A stretch of DNA of 64,000 nt, from assembly GCF_964355755.1 (NCBI RefSeq), contig NC_092672.1:36276437-36340436 (forward strand). Reading direction: 5' to 3'. Positions 37,307-50,099 of this stretch are shown one piece after another; positions within the stretch are counted from its first letter, which is position 1; every line of letters starts with the position of its first letter. The DNA is from Antedon mediterranea (taxonomy: Eukaryota > Animalia > Echinodermata). A program made the position numbers and the translations under genes. The notes below the pieces were generated by a model, which was not told where the DNA came from, ran no database searches, and was given only the letters and a program-made list of their open reading frames with translations.

Positions 37307-39466
37307 ATGACACGTTCTCGGAGCATCTTACTTCTTCTAGCAGCCATGTGTATTGTGACGTCATTCAGAAACATCTCTGCAAGCATCCAATCCAATAACA
37401 CTTGTCTACTGGAGATGGATGGCACAGATGTCTTGCAAGAACTCATGAAAGGTGATGCTGTCTTTATCAACATAAAGTTGTTATCTTTTGTTGATCCTTC
37501 TGATTCTGTTGGAATGGATTTCTATAAAAATACAACAGTGATTGACGTCAACCACTGGGTTTTGATTTTCGGGAAAACTGGTGAATTTTTTTTGTCTTTT
37601 CCTTTTGATTTTGAATACCTGTCACTTGGAACTCTAACTCATGGTGTAGAACACATCTCCTTAATCGTCACATCAGTACCCGAGTGTTTCTTGGATGTTG
37701 ACAACGAAGATAAACTGAACATAATTGCCAAGTCTTTACTTCAACTAGAAAGTCATGATGACGATGTGAAACAAGATGTTTGCATTGAGCGACAGAATAC
37801 AAACTATAAGTTTTTAGCATCAGATGTTCACATCGCTTACCTGCGTTCTTACAGTTTTCTTCAAAAGAGTACGTACTTTGAATGCTGGCATATTTCAGAA
37901 GATGATGGTTCAATTGAAGTTCGTTTATTTGAGAAAAAGCTCTTGCTCAAAATGTGCATGTGGCTTGGTTACGTATTCACTTTTTTTTCTATATGGTTCC
38001 TGGTCTCCTTTTTGAGTCGCGTAAATCCAATGATTAAGAATAAAAAGAAATACTTCAGCTTACGAACCAATCTACCAATGGGCTTTAAATACTTTGTATT
38101 GAATAAGGGAAATCAGTATCCATTTATTTTCGTTTCACGTTGGCTGATATTATTGGTACTTGTCGGATTGTTTCAATATATACCATACATTATTGCACAT
38201 GTCTCTGACAGTGATAATTTTACTCGTCGTTGGGCAGCAATCATTAACCATGACCTTATTCAAGAGAGGACGTTGTGGGGTTGGACTATTTATGTCAATT
38301 TGGTATATTTAATTTTTGGGATTATTCTGATGATAACCGGGTTAAAATATAAAAACTGGTTTGAAACTAAGTACATAGAGAGCCAATTTAATTGTAGCGA
38401 TTCTTTTTTGAAAGTTTCAAAAAATAATTACAGTGGCTTATACAAACTATCATTTGTAATGAAAGAAAAGATTAAGGTGGCCATATCATTTTCACATTGG
38501 AAGCACGGGTTAAAAGTGTTTTGGAAAGCGTTGTTTTTAAAAAAATCTAAAGTACTACAGTTAATCTTAGCACTAATACTTGTGATACCGTTCTTAGGTA
38601 TCTACACATATGGCACTCTCAGTTATTCTATCCCGTTCACTTACTTTTTACATCGTTTTTTAGCAACAAATGGTTGTACCATTAAAGACCTTTTTATATT
38701 TTTTGGTCTCTTTGTTGTGGAGATGGCTCTGCTTATTAAATGTTGGTTTACCTCTGAGTATATCTTTGGGATCATATGTTACTTTTTCATTGGTTTGTTG
38801 GTGAACCCTGGTACGGCTGGCGTCTTTGTAGGTGTCGCTTTAATTTTGATCGGTTACATCTTTGCAACTATAACAGATTTTTACAACGGATATGTGGTTC
38901 TCTTACAGCAAATAATATCGGTATTTGATGAGTTAATTAAAGACAATAAGGTGGAGGTATCTAATGAAAAAGTGTCTTCTTTTCCAAAATATACACATCA
39001 TCAGAATGGTGATGACTATGAACTTGTTTCTCGTTGTAATGCCTCCAACACACCACCACCAATTGATCGAAGTAAGCCTATAATCTGGCAAGAGACTGAA
39101 GGGTTAACTGTTGTTGAAAATACTCTCTTTGATTTGTTTGTTAAGAAGTATCGGCCGACCGAAATCCAAATTCTGACTACCTTTTTCCATCTTCTAATCT
39201 TGTTTCTAGTGAGTTGGGTAGGTTTTTCAACGCTAACGCTTATCGAAGATTTTACTGAGTTAAACCAACAAGTGAAACTATTTGCAGCTGTTTTTATTGC
39301 TGGTATTGTACCCTTTTTTGTAAAAATAATGTGTAATACAGCAGAAGACGAAAGTAAACAAAACGTACGACAACAATTTATTAAGCGCGATATTAACCAT
39401 TACTTGAAAAAACAAGGCAATATTGACCAGACTGGTTGGTCAGGTTTCGAACTGACAACATTTTGA
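37307..39466 (+). CDS. Uncharacterised multipass membrane protein (signal peptide, ~190-aa Cys-containing ectodomain, ~9 TM segments), single coding exon
   Basis: A 719-codon open frame in AT-rich DNA with a hydrophobic N-terminus (ILLLLAAMCIVTSF) and many hydrophobic stretches. A splice acceptor TTTTATTTTCAG ends at 37281, just upstream of the ATG, and AATAAA lies at ~39506. Confidence 0.88.
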   Translation: MTRSRSILLLLAAMCIVTSFRNISASIQSNNTCLLEMDGTDVLQELMKGDAVFINIKLLSFVDPSDSVGMDFYKNTTVIDVNHWVLIFGKTGEFFLSFPFDFEYLSLGTLTHGVEHISLIVTSVPECFLDVDNEDKLNIIAKSLLQLESHDDDVKQDVCIERQNTNYKFLASDVHIAYLRSYSFLQKSTYFECWHISEDDGSIEVRLFEKKLLLKMCMWLGYVFTFFSIWFLVSFLSRVNPMIKNKKKYFSLRTNLPMGFKYFVLNKGNQYPFIFVSRWLILLVLVGLFQYIPYIIAHVSDSDNFTRRWAAIINHDLIQERTLWGWTIYVNLVYLIFGIILMITGLKYKNWFETKYIESQFNCSDSFLKVSKNNYSGLYKLSFVMKEKIKVAISFSHWKHGLKVFWKALFLKKSKVLQLILALILVIPFLGIYTYGTLSYSIPFTYFLHRFLATNGCTIKDLFIFFGLFVVEMALLIKCWFTSEYIFGIICYFFIGLLVNPGTAGVFVGVALILIGYIFATITDFYNGYVVLLQQIISVFDELIKDNKVEVSNEKVSSFPKYTHHQNGDDYELVSRCNASNTPPPIDRSKPIIWQETEGLTVVENTLFDLFVKKYRPTEIQILTTFFHLLILFLVSWVGFSTLTLIEDFTELNQQVKLFAAVFIAGIVPFFVKIMCNTAEDESKQNVRQQFIKRDINHYLKKQGNIDQTGWSGFELTTF

Positions 39467-40440
39467 CAAACCCATTCATTAATAGAATAATCGTCCTATT
39501 ATATCAATAAACCTGTTTAAAACATTCTGATGAAAATAACGAGAATTTACGCTAGGCAAATACGGATATAGTTAACGGATCGTTAACACTCCCGGCGTTG
39601 TACTGTACGTCGGAACAATGTATTGGTCCTCTACTCCCTGTGTGTTTACTGTGGTTGTTAGTGTCAAGTAAATTGCTATGCAAATGGCTACCGCCATAAG
39701 ATAAGAACCAAAATTCTGTAGAATAAAAATCAATATCTATAGAAAATTATTATACTTTAGATTAATAGTGTTGTGTGAAGTAATAGCAGTACATTAGGAT
39801 TAAGAATGAAAGTGATCCTTAGGCCTATATTGTTACCTTTGTGATTACATTGAATACGGAACTTATAGTAGGCCTACCATCTATTTTGTTGGTTTGTCAG
39901 TTTTAAGTTGAATTTAGCATTTGGTCTGTCGGGGAAGAATAATCTCACTCTTTCGACAGAAGAGTTCCCCTTCTGTACTTTTGATAAATACTTCAATTCA
40001 GCTATTTTGCAACGTGTAGGCCTATGTTTTATGTTTTTATATATATATTAAAGATATAACCGATTATTATATATAGGTTACCGTATACAGACGCTTGTCC
40101 ACACTATAATTTTAATTTTTTGAGATTAAGCTAAGCGTTGTATGCGTTAATTAAGCGTTGTTGTTTGTTTATGTTTTTTACTAAAGACATGCTTAAATAA
40201 GCACCAATCAATATAGAATACATATAACATAAATATTTAAGTTTGTAGAAACATTTATTTTAGTATACACTCAGTTCGTAAAAAAATACAATTGTAAGCA
40301 ATTATATTGTTATATTTGACAGTAAATTATTCCAAGTAATAAAAAAACGACGCAAATTAAACAGTAAGAATTATTTATAACAATAACATTCTTTGATTTA
40401 CATAAACAATACTGTTGTGTAGAAAAGCAGATTATTTACT

Positions 40441-40555
40441 GTATATTTTTAATAATGAAGATAAGTAACATTTTTAAATGTTACTTATCTTCATTATTAA
40501 AAATATACTATGCATAGTAAGCATATTAAGTCATTAAAATGACTTAATATGCTTA
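40441..40555. repeat. Two adjacent perfect hairpins (33-bp and 18-bp arms, 2-nt loops)
   Basis: GTATATTTTTAATAATGAAGATAAGTAACATTT-tt-AAATGTTACTTATCTTCATTATTAAAAATATAC; TAAGCATATTAAGTCATT-aa-AATGACTTAATATGCTTA. Confidence 0.9.
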
Positions 40556-40947
40556 TATTTATATTATAGTTATTAATTATATAATATTTGGCCTACTATT
40601 ATTTAATTGTTGGTGAAAAAACTGTGAAAACAATAAGAATTCTTATTATACATTTTTTGATTCACATAAAAAAAATATGAATACCGTAAAATTGTAAAGA
40701 AGATTGGTATAGATATTTAACAATAGATATAAGTGAACCAGAAACTAGGGCATAATTATTCTTTATTAATTATTAATATTTACGATTTTAGAATACATAT
40801 ATTATATACTTAAATTATGGCTTCCATGCTTAAATAACACTCTAAAAAATATATTGTGAGTGAATTTTCTCAAAAAATAAAAGCGTGTACATTGTAATAA
40901 ATAGTTGATGAGAAATAATACTGTCTGAGTCTGAGAAATACTGTATT

Positions 40948-41091
40948 AAGCTCTGTCTACACGTACTATCAAACTTTATGTGACAACAAAATGTGATGTG
41001 CCCGTATATGGACACGATGATGTCATATCACTACCATATTTGGGCACATCACCTTTTTTGTCAAACTAGTTTGATAGTGTAGATAGAGCTT
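40948..41091. mobile_element. Complete ~145-bp MITE (PIF/Harbinger Tourist-like, TWA flanks)
   Basis: AAGCTCTGTCTACAC..TATCAAACT ... AGTTTGATAGTGTAGATAGAGCTT. Related copies at 42585-42712, 59140-59250, 23037-23108 and 30243-30260. Confidence 0.8.
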
Positions 41092-41251
41092 TAGTAACAT
41101 AATTATAGACTAAAAAATCTTTTCCATAGAGGGCGGTAGAAAATCATCATTGTTATAATTAATATGAACCAAATTCGTTCATGGTTTGGTTACGATAGAA
41201 AGTTGCGTTCTGATGCACGTGTTTCTCTTTTCTTTGGCTTCTTACATACTA

Positions 41252-41881
41252 AGCGTGGTTCCCACTGGCGACGCAACGTAACGCAACGCTACGACGTATT
41301 GCCTTTCACACCTGTTCCGGCACGGTTCCGGTCCGGCGAATCGAACGCCAATGTTTCGTTTTCACGACGCTCCACGCGGCCAAGCACCAATCGATATGCG
41401 CGTAGCCGCGTAAAAACGAAACATTGACGTTCGATTGGATTTGCCGTCGCCGGACCGGAACCGTGCCGGAGCAGGTGTGAAAGGCCCTTTAAGCCTGGTT
41501 TCCATAAAATCGCTACACGACACAGAGCGTAGCGATTCTATGGAAACGCTAGAATTTATCGAGGATCTAGTACGCGAGCGCTAAATATTCTTTGGTACGC
41601 GTATACGATTCATCGCGGACAAAATCGGCAAAGTTGAACATGGTTGAACTTTGCCGATTTGACTGCGAAGTCTGCCTTCCCGATTGCGTCGGCGACATCT
41701 GCGCGTGTAGCGATTTTAATGGAAACGCTGTTGCGATTTTAATGGAAACCAGGCTTTACAAGTAGGAACCGACGACGCAACAGTGCTGAAAATCGCAGGT
41801 TTGATTTCACGCAGGCGGGGGAAAACACAATTATTGGAAGGACATTTTCTTACGTTGCGCGTCACTAGTGAGAACCAAGCT
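41252..41881. mobile_element. MITE (AGCGTGGTTCCCACTGGCGACGC...GCGTCACTAGTGAGAACCAAGCT) containing two other MITEs, 41301-41485 and 41491-41756
   Basis: Three TIR pairs: the outer pair; GCCTTTCACACCTG.TCCGGCACGGTTCCGGTCCGGCGA with its reverse complement; AAGCCTGGTTTCCAT..ATGGAAACCAGGCTT. An empty site is seen in the duplicate at ~24781. Confidence 0.85.
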
Positions 41882-42044
41882 TAGGCCTAAATCTTATTTT
41901 TATTTAAAATAAATAGAAGATGTGGACGTTATTTCGTGTTCTAGGGGGTGGGATTATCTAATGTTATACATGTTATATTTATGTATTTTTTTGATCTTAT
42001 TATATAAGGTGTACAACTATAACTCTTTGGCGATAGTTGTCTTT

Positions 42045-42712
42045 TGCTCACTTTTTATGTTTCACTGAAAGGAATAAATAAATAAACCATACTGTCTCAG
42101 TTGAAATAGACTGCTGCTTAAAGAGATTGATAAAACACAAAAATTTGAATTTATATAAACATTTATATATTTTAATACACCTTGCAGCATACAATAAATT
42201 TGTAACAAAACAATAATTGTAAGCGTTATACAGTATATATTTTACAGTTATTCCAAGTAATAAAAAACGACGCAAAAAATCAGCATTATAAAAACTGTGA
42301 AAAACAGTAAGAATTCTTATTATACATTTTTAGATTTACATAAAAAAAGTATGAATACCACCGTACCATAAAATGTAAAGATTTGTATATATTTAACAAT
42401 AGATATAAGTGAACCAGAAACTAGGGCATAAATTAGTCTTTATTAATTATTACTATTTACGACTTAGGATAGATATTAACATACTTAAATCATACCTGTA
42501 TGCTTAAATATCATTGGATGAACTTGTACTTTGTAATAAATCGTTGATTTGAGAAATATCACTATGTCTGAGAAATACTGAATTAAGCTCTGTCTACACT
42601 ATCAAACTTCATGTGACAAAAAATGTGACGTGCCCATATATGGACACGATGATGTCATATCACTACCATATTTGGGCACATACACAGTATACAGTAGTGT
42701 AGACACGGAGCT
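42045..42712 (+). repeat. Segment duplicated at 25440-25670, 29790-30260 and 40615-41050
   Basis: Near-identical short ORF translations (25444-25671 vs 42048-42275). Shared strings AAAACGACGCAAAAAATCAGCATTATAAAAACTGTG and ATAGATATAAGTGAAC. Confidence 0.85.
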
Positions 42713-43664
42713 TCAGCAACAATCACAGACTCGCACATCTTTTCTATAGAGGGCGGTAGATAATATTTTGCAGTTGAATCTGTAATTGCACTTTTCCCAA
42801 AATCTAAATACTGTATTATGAAAGAATATTCCCTGGATAATAAATACTACTAATGATTATTACAGTATAATTATAAATAATACAAATAAATAGGATAATT
42901 ACAATATAAATAATTAATTCAAATTATCATAATAGATCTAATCTATGTTTATGTTTTAAAATAATTGCACATGATTATATTTGCTGCTGCAATACTTCAT
43001 TTTGACCCACTAAAATAAAATGCAATACTTCCCAGCCTGTACGTCCATGTTATATCTATACTAGTAAACAGCTTCGGGAATAGTAATTCATTTATAGGCA
43101 TCCTTCCCATATCATTAAAATGTAGGCCTATTATTTACAGTAAGACGGGCCTATTATAAAAATAAGCTTATTTCAAATAAATGCTTTAGAAGAAATTACA
43201 TTCTTCATGATATAAGCACAAAGGTAGCAATTGTAAATGTATATACAGTGAAGTAATTGGTATGCATTCGTTAACTGTATTTTTGTTTCTTTTTAAAACA
43301 CGATTGGCACACGACTTGTAATTTTGTTTTCATCTAAATCCTAATTTGGCATATTTTTGTCTAAAATCTTGAAGTTGTCCATAGTAAACGGCAGCCCATA
43401 GTTTTACGTCATCAGTTAGGGTGAGAATACGCCAGAAATGGCTAAAATACCGATTACAACTACGGCGAAAGCGATGAGGCAGATTAGGAAAATCGTTACT
43501 CGTTTTCTCTAATGATATAAAATATATAAAAGTTAGATAATTTATAATTTAATATTTTACGATAAATAAGTACATTACAGTTAATTCATTTGCTGATAGG
43601 TTTTATTGCACATAATTTAAAGTTAATCGTACGTACGTATATTAAGCTCAAAAGCGAAATTAGG

Positions 43665-44085
43665 TGGGTTGACCAATCACAGGCGAAGATCTGATGATTC
43701 GTCGGGTCGTGATTGGTAAAATTACTTGCGGCGCGCTTCCGTCGTTGTGCTCAGAGCCATATATACATGGTTTTGTGCGCAGGAGGTTGTGCATTGCGTC
43801 CCAAGTGGAAAACGAACCAAAACAAACGTTCTCCTGATTGGCCTACCCGATTTGGGTTGGAAAAACCCCACCTTTTTTAAAGCGTGACAAAATCTTATAA
43901 GGCCTATATCCAAATAACTAGAAAATTAAAGTAAAGTAAATAATGATTGAAAACTATACGAACCTGCTTGTAATCAATATTTATGACTGGTTGGTCATCT
44001 CTACTATTACTACTATCCACCAATTGAACACTCTAAAGACGTGACGTAACAAGCATTTGTAAGGACAAAAAGAAAATCGTGCAAA
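43665..44085 (-). repeat. Inverted duplicate of 30810-31170
   Basis: ACCTGCTTGTAATCAATATTTATGACTGGTTGGTCATCTCTACTATTACTACTATCCACCAATT is the reverse complement of ~30868-30932. Confidence 0.85.
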
Positions 44086-44154
44086 GTAAAGGTTATGAAA
44101 GGAACTATCATTAGAAGGATACAATTCAAGTAGAAGGGAGTCGTCGTAGGGTCA

Positions 44155-44287
44155 CATAGGCGGATCCAGGTTGAGGGGGGAGGGAGGGGGTGAACATTGT
44201 GCAATGATGCATGAGACATAAGGTTAAAGTTCAAAACTTTATTTTACAAGCCCCCTTTGGTTTTCATAAATCCTGGATCCGCCAATG
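44155..44287. mobile_element. Short MITE with TIR CAT(A/T)GGCGGATCCAGG and duplicated target GGTCA
   Basis: GGTCA|CATAGGCGGATCCAGG ... CCTGGATCCGCCAATG|GGTCA. Confidence 0.75.
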
Positions 44288-44559
44288 GGTCACTTGGGGC
44301 GTTAATAAGCCTACCAGAGTTGTGACACAAATACTGTTATTAACTGAATGGATTTAATAAGTATGTATCAGCATCACAATTAAGATCAAATTATGAATGT
44401 TCACGTTTACATCGTTTGGTACATACTTCTACTAAGAGGTATAGGCCTACGGTAAAACAACCCCAATCCCCCATCCCACCCCACTACAAAGTTTCCCCTT
44501 AATACAGTCGAGCAGCAAAGTGCTCATTTAACCGTTAAAACGCTGTTTTTTAACTGCGC

Positions 44560-44820
44560 AGGTCACTGAGCATCGCCAAGTTATAGTGACTTCCGGTTCG
44601 CTTTTCACTTCGCGGCAAGCATTTTGCATGGGAATACCCTTACAAATCTGCTGCAATTTCCACCATCCGGGTTAAATTATATCTTTCTATATTTGGAAAT
44701 TGTTACTCCTAATATGGAAGATTATTCCCGCCACAAAATTTTGGTATAAATAGCCTAGAAAAGGACGACAGAGCTTATTGAAGAAAAAAGTGCAGATGGA
44801 GGTGTTTGTTGAGGTAGGCT
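44560..44820 (+). promoter_or_regulatory. Candidate housekeeping-type promoter and first exon
   Basis: ETS site GACTTCCGG at 44589, a pyrimidine-rich start-like CGCTTTTCAC, donor GAG|GTAGGC at 44813/4, and a strong acceptor TTTTTTTTTTCTTTCAG ending at 45723. Confidence 0.35.
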
Positions 44821-46744
44821 ACATGATTTATTTGTTTGGTTTCGTAGGGAATCCGGCACTTTTCTCATCAGCACGGAACCTTTATAAAAACTTAGTGGTT
44901 GGTTATTAGGTTATTAATCTATCTTTTCTGAAAGTTTAAGCTTGGTTCAGCTTGTGGGACGGATTCAATATCCGTTCAAAGCTGGGGATATATTCTAAGC
45001 AGACTCCATCTTGGATTCGTATGTTTAGTACAGGCCGTGTGGTTGAGTAATTTCAATCCTTCAAAATCACTATGTGCAATCCGTTTTTAAACCAGTTAAT
45101 ATACCAAAATATGTTATTAGTAGCTTTATTATTTTTGATTTGGTGCTAGTTTGGTAAATATTGCAATATAAATTGTAGATTATTTGGTTGTAAAAAAATG
45201 TACCCAACTTGTAGTATTATCTAGGCCTAGGCTAGGCCTAGCCCATTTGACGGAAACCCAGTGCTATTTGTAGGCGGATAGAGAGGGCCGCAGGCTAGTT
45301 TTTAGTGGCATATCGCCGACTTATTATAATCAATGTGAAGCCATATTATTATTATGTTTAAAATGTTGAATCTATATCCACTGGATTATGGATATATATC
45401 GTCGGATATTTAAAGAAAGGCCTAGGCCTAGAACTTTTGATTTATTTAATTAATTTAGGACTATATTACGGGAAATTCTTTGCCAAAGAAAAGAAAATAC
45501 GTTGTGGCTGTTGGAGGTTTGTAAATATATGACAATAATGTAGCCTAGGCTAGGAAGGACTGTAGGTAGGATGAGGTAATTTGGATGGTCATACATATGA
45601 TATTTATATATACAGTATTGTGTATAGTAGTGATCATGGCGACAAAATTTAGGATGACTAAAGTTGACATTAAAATTATTTAACTATGAATAGCTCATTA
45701 TTGGTGTTTTTTTTTTCTTTCAGGTTTCTAAGAATAAACTATCCGACTTGTGATTCATCTTGTGCTGCAAAAACAATCCTATTTTGATATTTGTAAATTG
45801 ATGTACGTAACAGATGTCTTTAAAAATAAAAAAAAAATAAAAATTTTTATTATCGCGATGATTTAACTCAAATATTGACATATATAACTTGATATTTTAG
45901 CCTGAGCAAGATAGTTTGATAGGCATATTTTACTTCGATGTAAATAAGATATTACATGTTATACTGTATGTAAAATACTTTTTTGTAAATAAAATTATTT
46001 AATGGTGGTTAATTTATTAACTTGTTAATTTGTTTGTTAGTTATGATGTTATACTATTAATTATTTAGTTAGTAACCAAAGTGGATTCGTGGCAGTTGCA
46101 ACTTGACTGTAATATGCATATATATAATAATATTTACTTCTTCTTGGATAAAGTTAAAGCAAAATAAGCAATAATAAAAATTAAATATTTATTTTGCCAT
46201 AAAGAAAGCAAAAACTAAACATACAGTACTATATGTACAGTAATACCATGGACCTATAGGTCCATGGTAATACATACTGTAGTATTGAGCACCAGTAGCA
46301 GAGACGTCTGGACAATCGAATATAATCGTTATCAGCTGTCTGGGTACCCAAGGCTAGTGCTAGAAAATGGCGAAAATTCGTGTATTCATTCGCCGTCAGC
46401 GAAATGAATCCGGCACTTTTCTCATCAGAAGCAAATCAACAAATCATTTTATCAGTTTGTTTTGATATATAATCTGAATAATATATATTAAAATGGCCTT
46501 GGTTCAAGCATGTTTAACAGGTAAAATCAGATTTTTTCCTACCTAGGCCCCTTAGCACTGCGGTACCCTACGCCGTGTGGGGGAACCGATCTCGGCAGTA
46601 TTTCTTAAGTAGCCTATCTTTCGTAAAATTCTTAGTTGAATTTTATTAATATAAATTTAATTGTATGAATATGCTATTTAAATGTTATTGAAATTTTTTT
46701 TTGCTACATTTTGTAATTCCGCACTACTTGCTTTATCGCGATTC

Positions 46745-46757
46745 CAAGATGGCGGCA
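46745..46757 (+). promoter_or_regulatory. YY1 consensus site
   Basis: CCAAGATGGCGGC. Confidence 0.35.
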
Positions 46758-49700
46758 ATTCAAATTTTGATTTGGTAATAATTCGCGAGGTCAACCACTT
46801 TGCTGCCCGACTGTAATAGAGTGTCCCCTGCAGTGTATTAAACATTTCCAAACATGTGTTATAGGAAATTGTCCTTTGAATAAGTGTGTCCCGAACGAGC
46901 GGGGTCTACTGTTGAGGTGGGTGGTTATAGAGAATGCGTTTAATTCGTGAATAACATCATGCAAAAGTAAATTGAACCCTGATCAAACAAACGCATGCAT
47001 TTACCCAAAATATGAAGAAACGGGTTTAAAGAGCTTGCTTTATTATTAACTGGAATAAAATCCATTTTTGTAAAAGTTAAAGTAATTTTCCCATTGAAGC
47101 AAATCCCCTAAAATAAAAGTAAAAGTTACATTTAAAACATGCTGCGTAACAATCACTATGGTAATAACTTTTGAAATACATTACAAATAAATAATTAACA
47201 CAATAATTCATGTATCGCTCATAACCCCGTATGAATACATCAATGAATTATTAAATTGAGTCGACCATTTATTTTATTGTAAGTATAATCATATCACGTG
47301 TTAGCCTCGATTATAAATCCTATATGTTTATTTTGTTGATCTCTAAAAAGTGTCGATGGTCATCATAATCACAAGAGACACTTTCTTTAACGACAGGCGG
47401 ATCAAAGGGGAAGACGGGGGATGTGATTACGATGCAAAAGATGGGACATCAGTGCTTAATCTCACAATATATAGGGCCTATACCCCACCCTGCATCTTCT
47501 CAATAATGGATCAACCGCTGTGTTGGAACATTGAATTATGAATGAATGGGAACCTTCTCTGCAACAACTCCCCCTTTCCTGCACCCCCCCCCCTCCTCAC
47601 TCTCTACTTAATATAGATGTGTATTCCACCGCAACAGCCGGCCGGCCCTACCTTTTTCAATTCAGTTTATTTGTTTATCATGCTCTTATTCAACAATACA
47701 TTAAAGACACTGATATAATATAATAAATAAATAAACCAAATTAAATATGACGTTCAAATACATGACTACATATAATAATATCACATGCAAAACTAGGTAC
47801 ACCGACGTGCTCACAAGCATACAGAGAAACGTGAATATGCAATTGTGGATATATTGTTATTGTACATACATTTGCGTCCATTCTTAGCATAGGAGGCAAA
47901 ATATAGTTAAATATTAGTATGAAATAAAATTAATATTGTTAAAGATGGGTCAAGTTTCACATCCGGGTCTGATAGTAATCAAAGTAATAAATAAAGATGT
48001 TTAAGGGAAAGGGTTAAAAAACATGTGATAGATGAATATAAAGGTAATTAAAGATTATTTTGTAAACAAATATCAGAGAGGGCTGCCCCTTTATTATATA
48101 AACAACCATCAGAAATTTAATGTATAAATTAGTTATAATGGTCAACGTAGGCCTACAATTGGAGGGTGGTTACGTCGAACAATATTTGTAAATACACAAT
48201 ATTAAATACAATTACCACCAGGGATAAGGATAACGTTCATACCCACCCTGCAGATAGATTTGGGGGGGGGGGGGGTGGGGACGAACGCACACTCGTGAAA
48301 ACCCGCAAGTCACGAATCATGATAGACTTTAAATCATTATTAATATTTGAATAGACAATACCATCCTATTAAGTGGACATTTTCCTATGAAGCAAACGAA
48401 TGGTTATTATATTATTTATACTACATAAGATCAACCCCTCGAGACACCCCTTTAAATAGCTTGTTTGGTCCCAAGGTGTCCCCTTAATAGGGGTTGCTGT
48501 AATATTTCAGCTCTAAAATATGAATGGTGAGTGGGCAATAGACAGTATACGTGTTATTACGTGTATACTATCAACTGTGCATTTGTCCCATTTTGAAATA
48601 CGAAAACATCCAAAGCAGCGTAAGAACATAAACCAAACTGGACTTACCTTGTAATGTGTTCTATTCACTTATTTGAGAGAATCCGTCTTAAAATTATCTA
48701 TGGAATAAAGACAATCCAGAGCTGGCATACGTTACACGGCTTGCTTATAGTTATACTAAACATAACATCATAAGGCGTTGCATAGTAGATACGTGTTTAA
48801 TATACAGTTTATATAAACACGCCAAATTTATATTTACATGAGTCCGCCCACAGAATTATTACTGGTACCATAATTATAATAAGGAGGATAAATTCAGGTT
48901 ATTCCATTATTCTTGTAGGTATATTAATATTATTTTATGGAGATAAGTAATTTATTTGTAACTTAATAATATTTAAATGGTAATAGTACTTAAAGAGTAA
49001 AGCACAGTAAAAATATATAAATTACGTATTTATATACAGTACACCACGTGCTTTTAAAATAAGGTGGTTTTAATTGTTTATTGTTGGAAGATATTAATTA
49101 ACAAGTTATTGATCAGTGTAGTACGTCTGAATAATGCACGCAGTGAAACATAACGATAATACTAGCATACTGAATAGGCCTAAATATTAACAAAAAATGT
49201 TCCCAGCATGAAAATAATATTTTGGAAATCACAATATTTTGTAATAATGGAATAATAATAGTATAATTACATGGCCGCGTCTATAAAGGCGAACTTACCG
49301 TTTTGTCGTATTTCAATGTGTATTTACTGTAATATTTAGATGCTATTTCCAATATCATACGCAGTTCATATTTTCAACCCATGTAATTTATCTGCATCAT
49401 CAATCCGTTATGCAAATGAGCAAAATATCGATTACCATTGATGGCAGACGAGAGTGCGATTGTTTGTGTCCATTCATGTGTGTATTGATCCAGCCGCTAA
49501 AAATGTTTTAAAATTTAATACCGACCTTTTTATTTTTCTGATCGATAACGCAATACACGCATAATAATTATAATATTTTCATGATTAGGCCTACCATAAC
49601 ACAATTTTACATACGCATACGCAGATAAAGTTCTGCACGTGTTACCTCAATTTGTCTTGAAAAGTCAATATTTTTATTATTTTTTTAAATCCATGTACTT

Positions 49701-50099
49701 AACAGTATCTAAATTATGTCTAAATTTGGTCATTTTTCGAGAGAACTATATATAGTACAGGGATTTTTTCCAAAAAATTTAAAATTTTTACCCACGCTTT
49801 TATTTGCGACAAACTGGTTACGGTACAATGGCTCTATAAGATGTTACAAAGCAATATATGCGCATATATAGCGATATTATTGCATAATAATAGCATTTTA
49901 AAACGTCGCTATTTTGGGCATTTTTACTACTATAGTAGGCCTACAGAGATTTTTTCGCAAAAAATGGCAAAATTTTGACCCTTTTATTTTTCGACAAAAC
50001 TGGTTACTATGGCTCTATAAGATGAGCAATATATGCGCATATATAGCGATATTATTGCATAAATAGAATTTTAAATAATCGATATTTGGGGATATTTTG

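Noticed and set aside
44838-44880. Hammerhead ribozyme (minus strand CTGATGA...GAAA)
   Set aside because: Stem II does not pair properly, and the second copy at 46406 lacks GAAA.
46406-46465. SH2-like peptide GTFLIRS
   Set aside because: An in-frame stop follows within ~12 codons, with no supporting exons.
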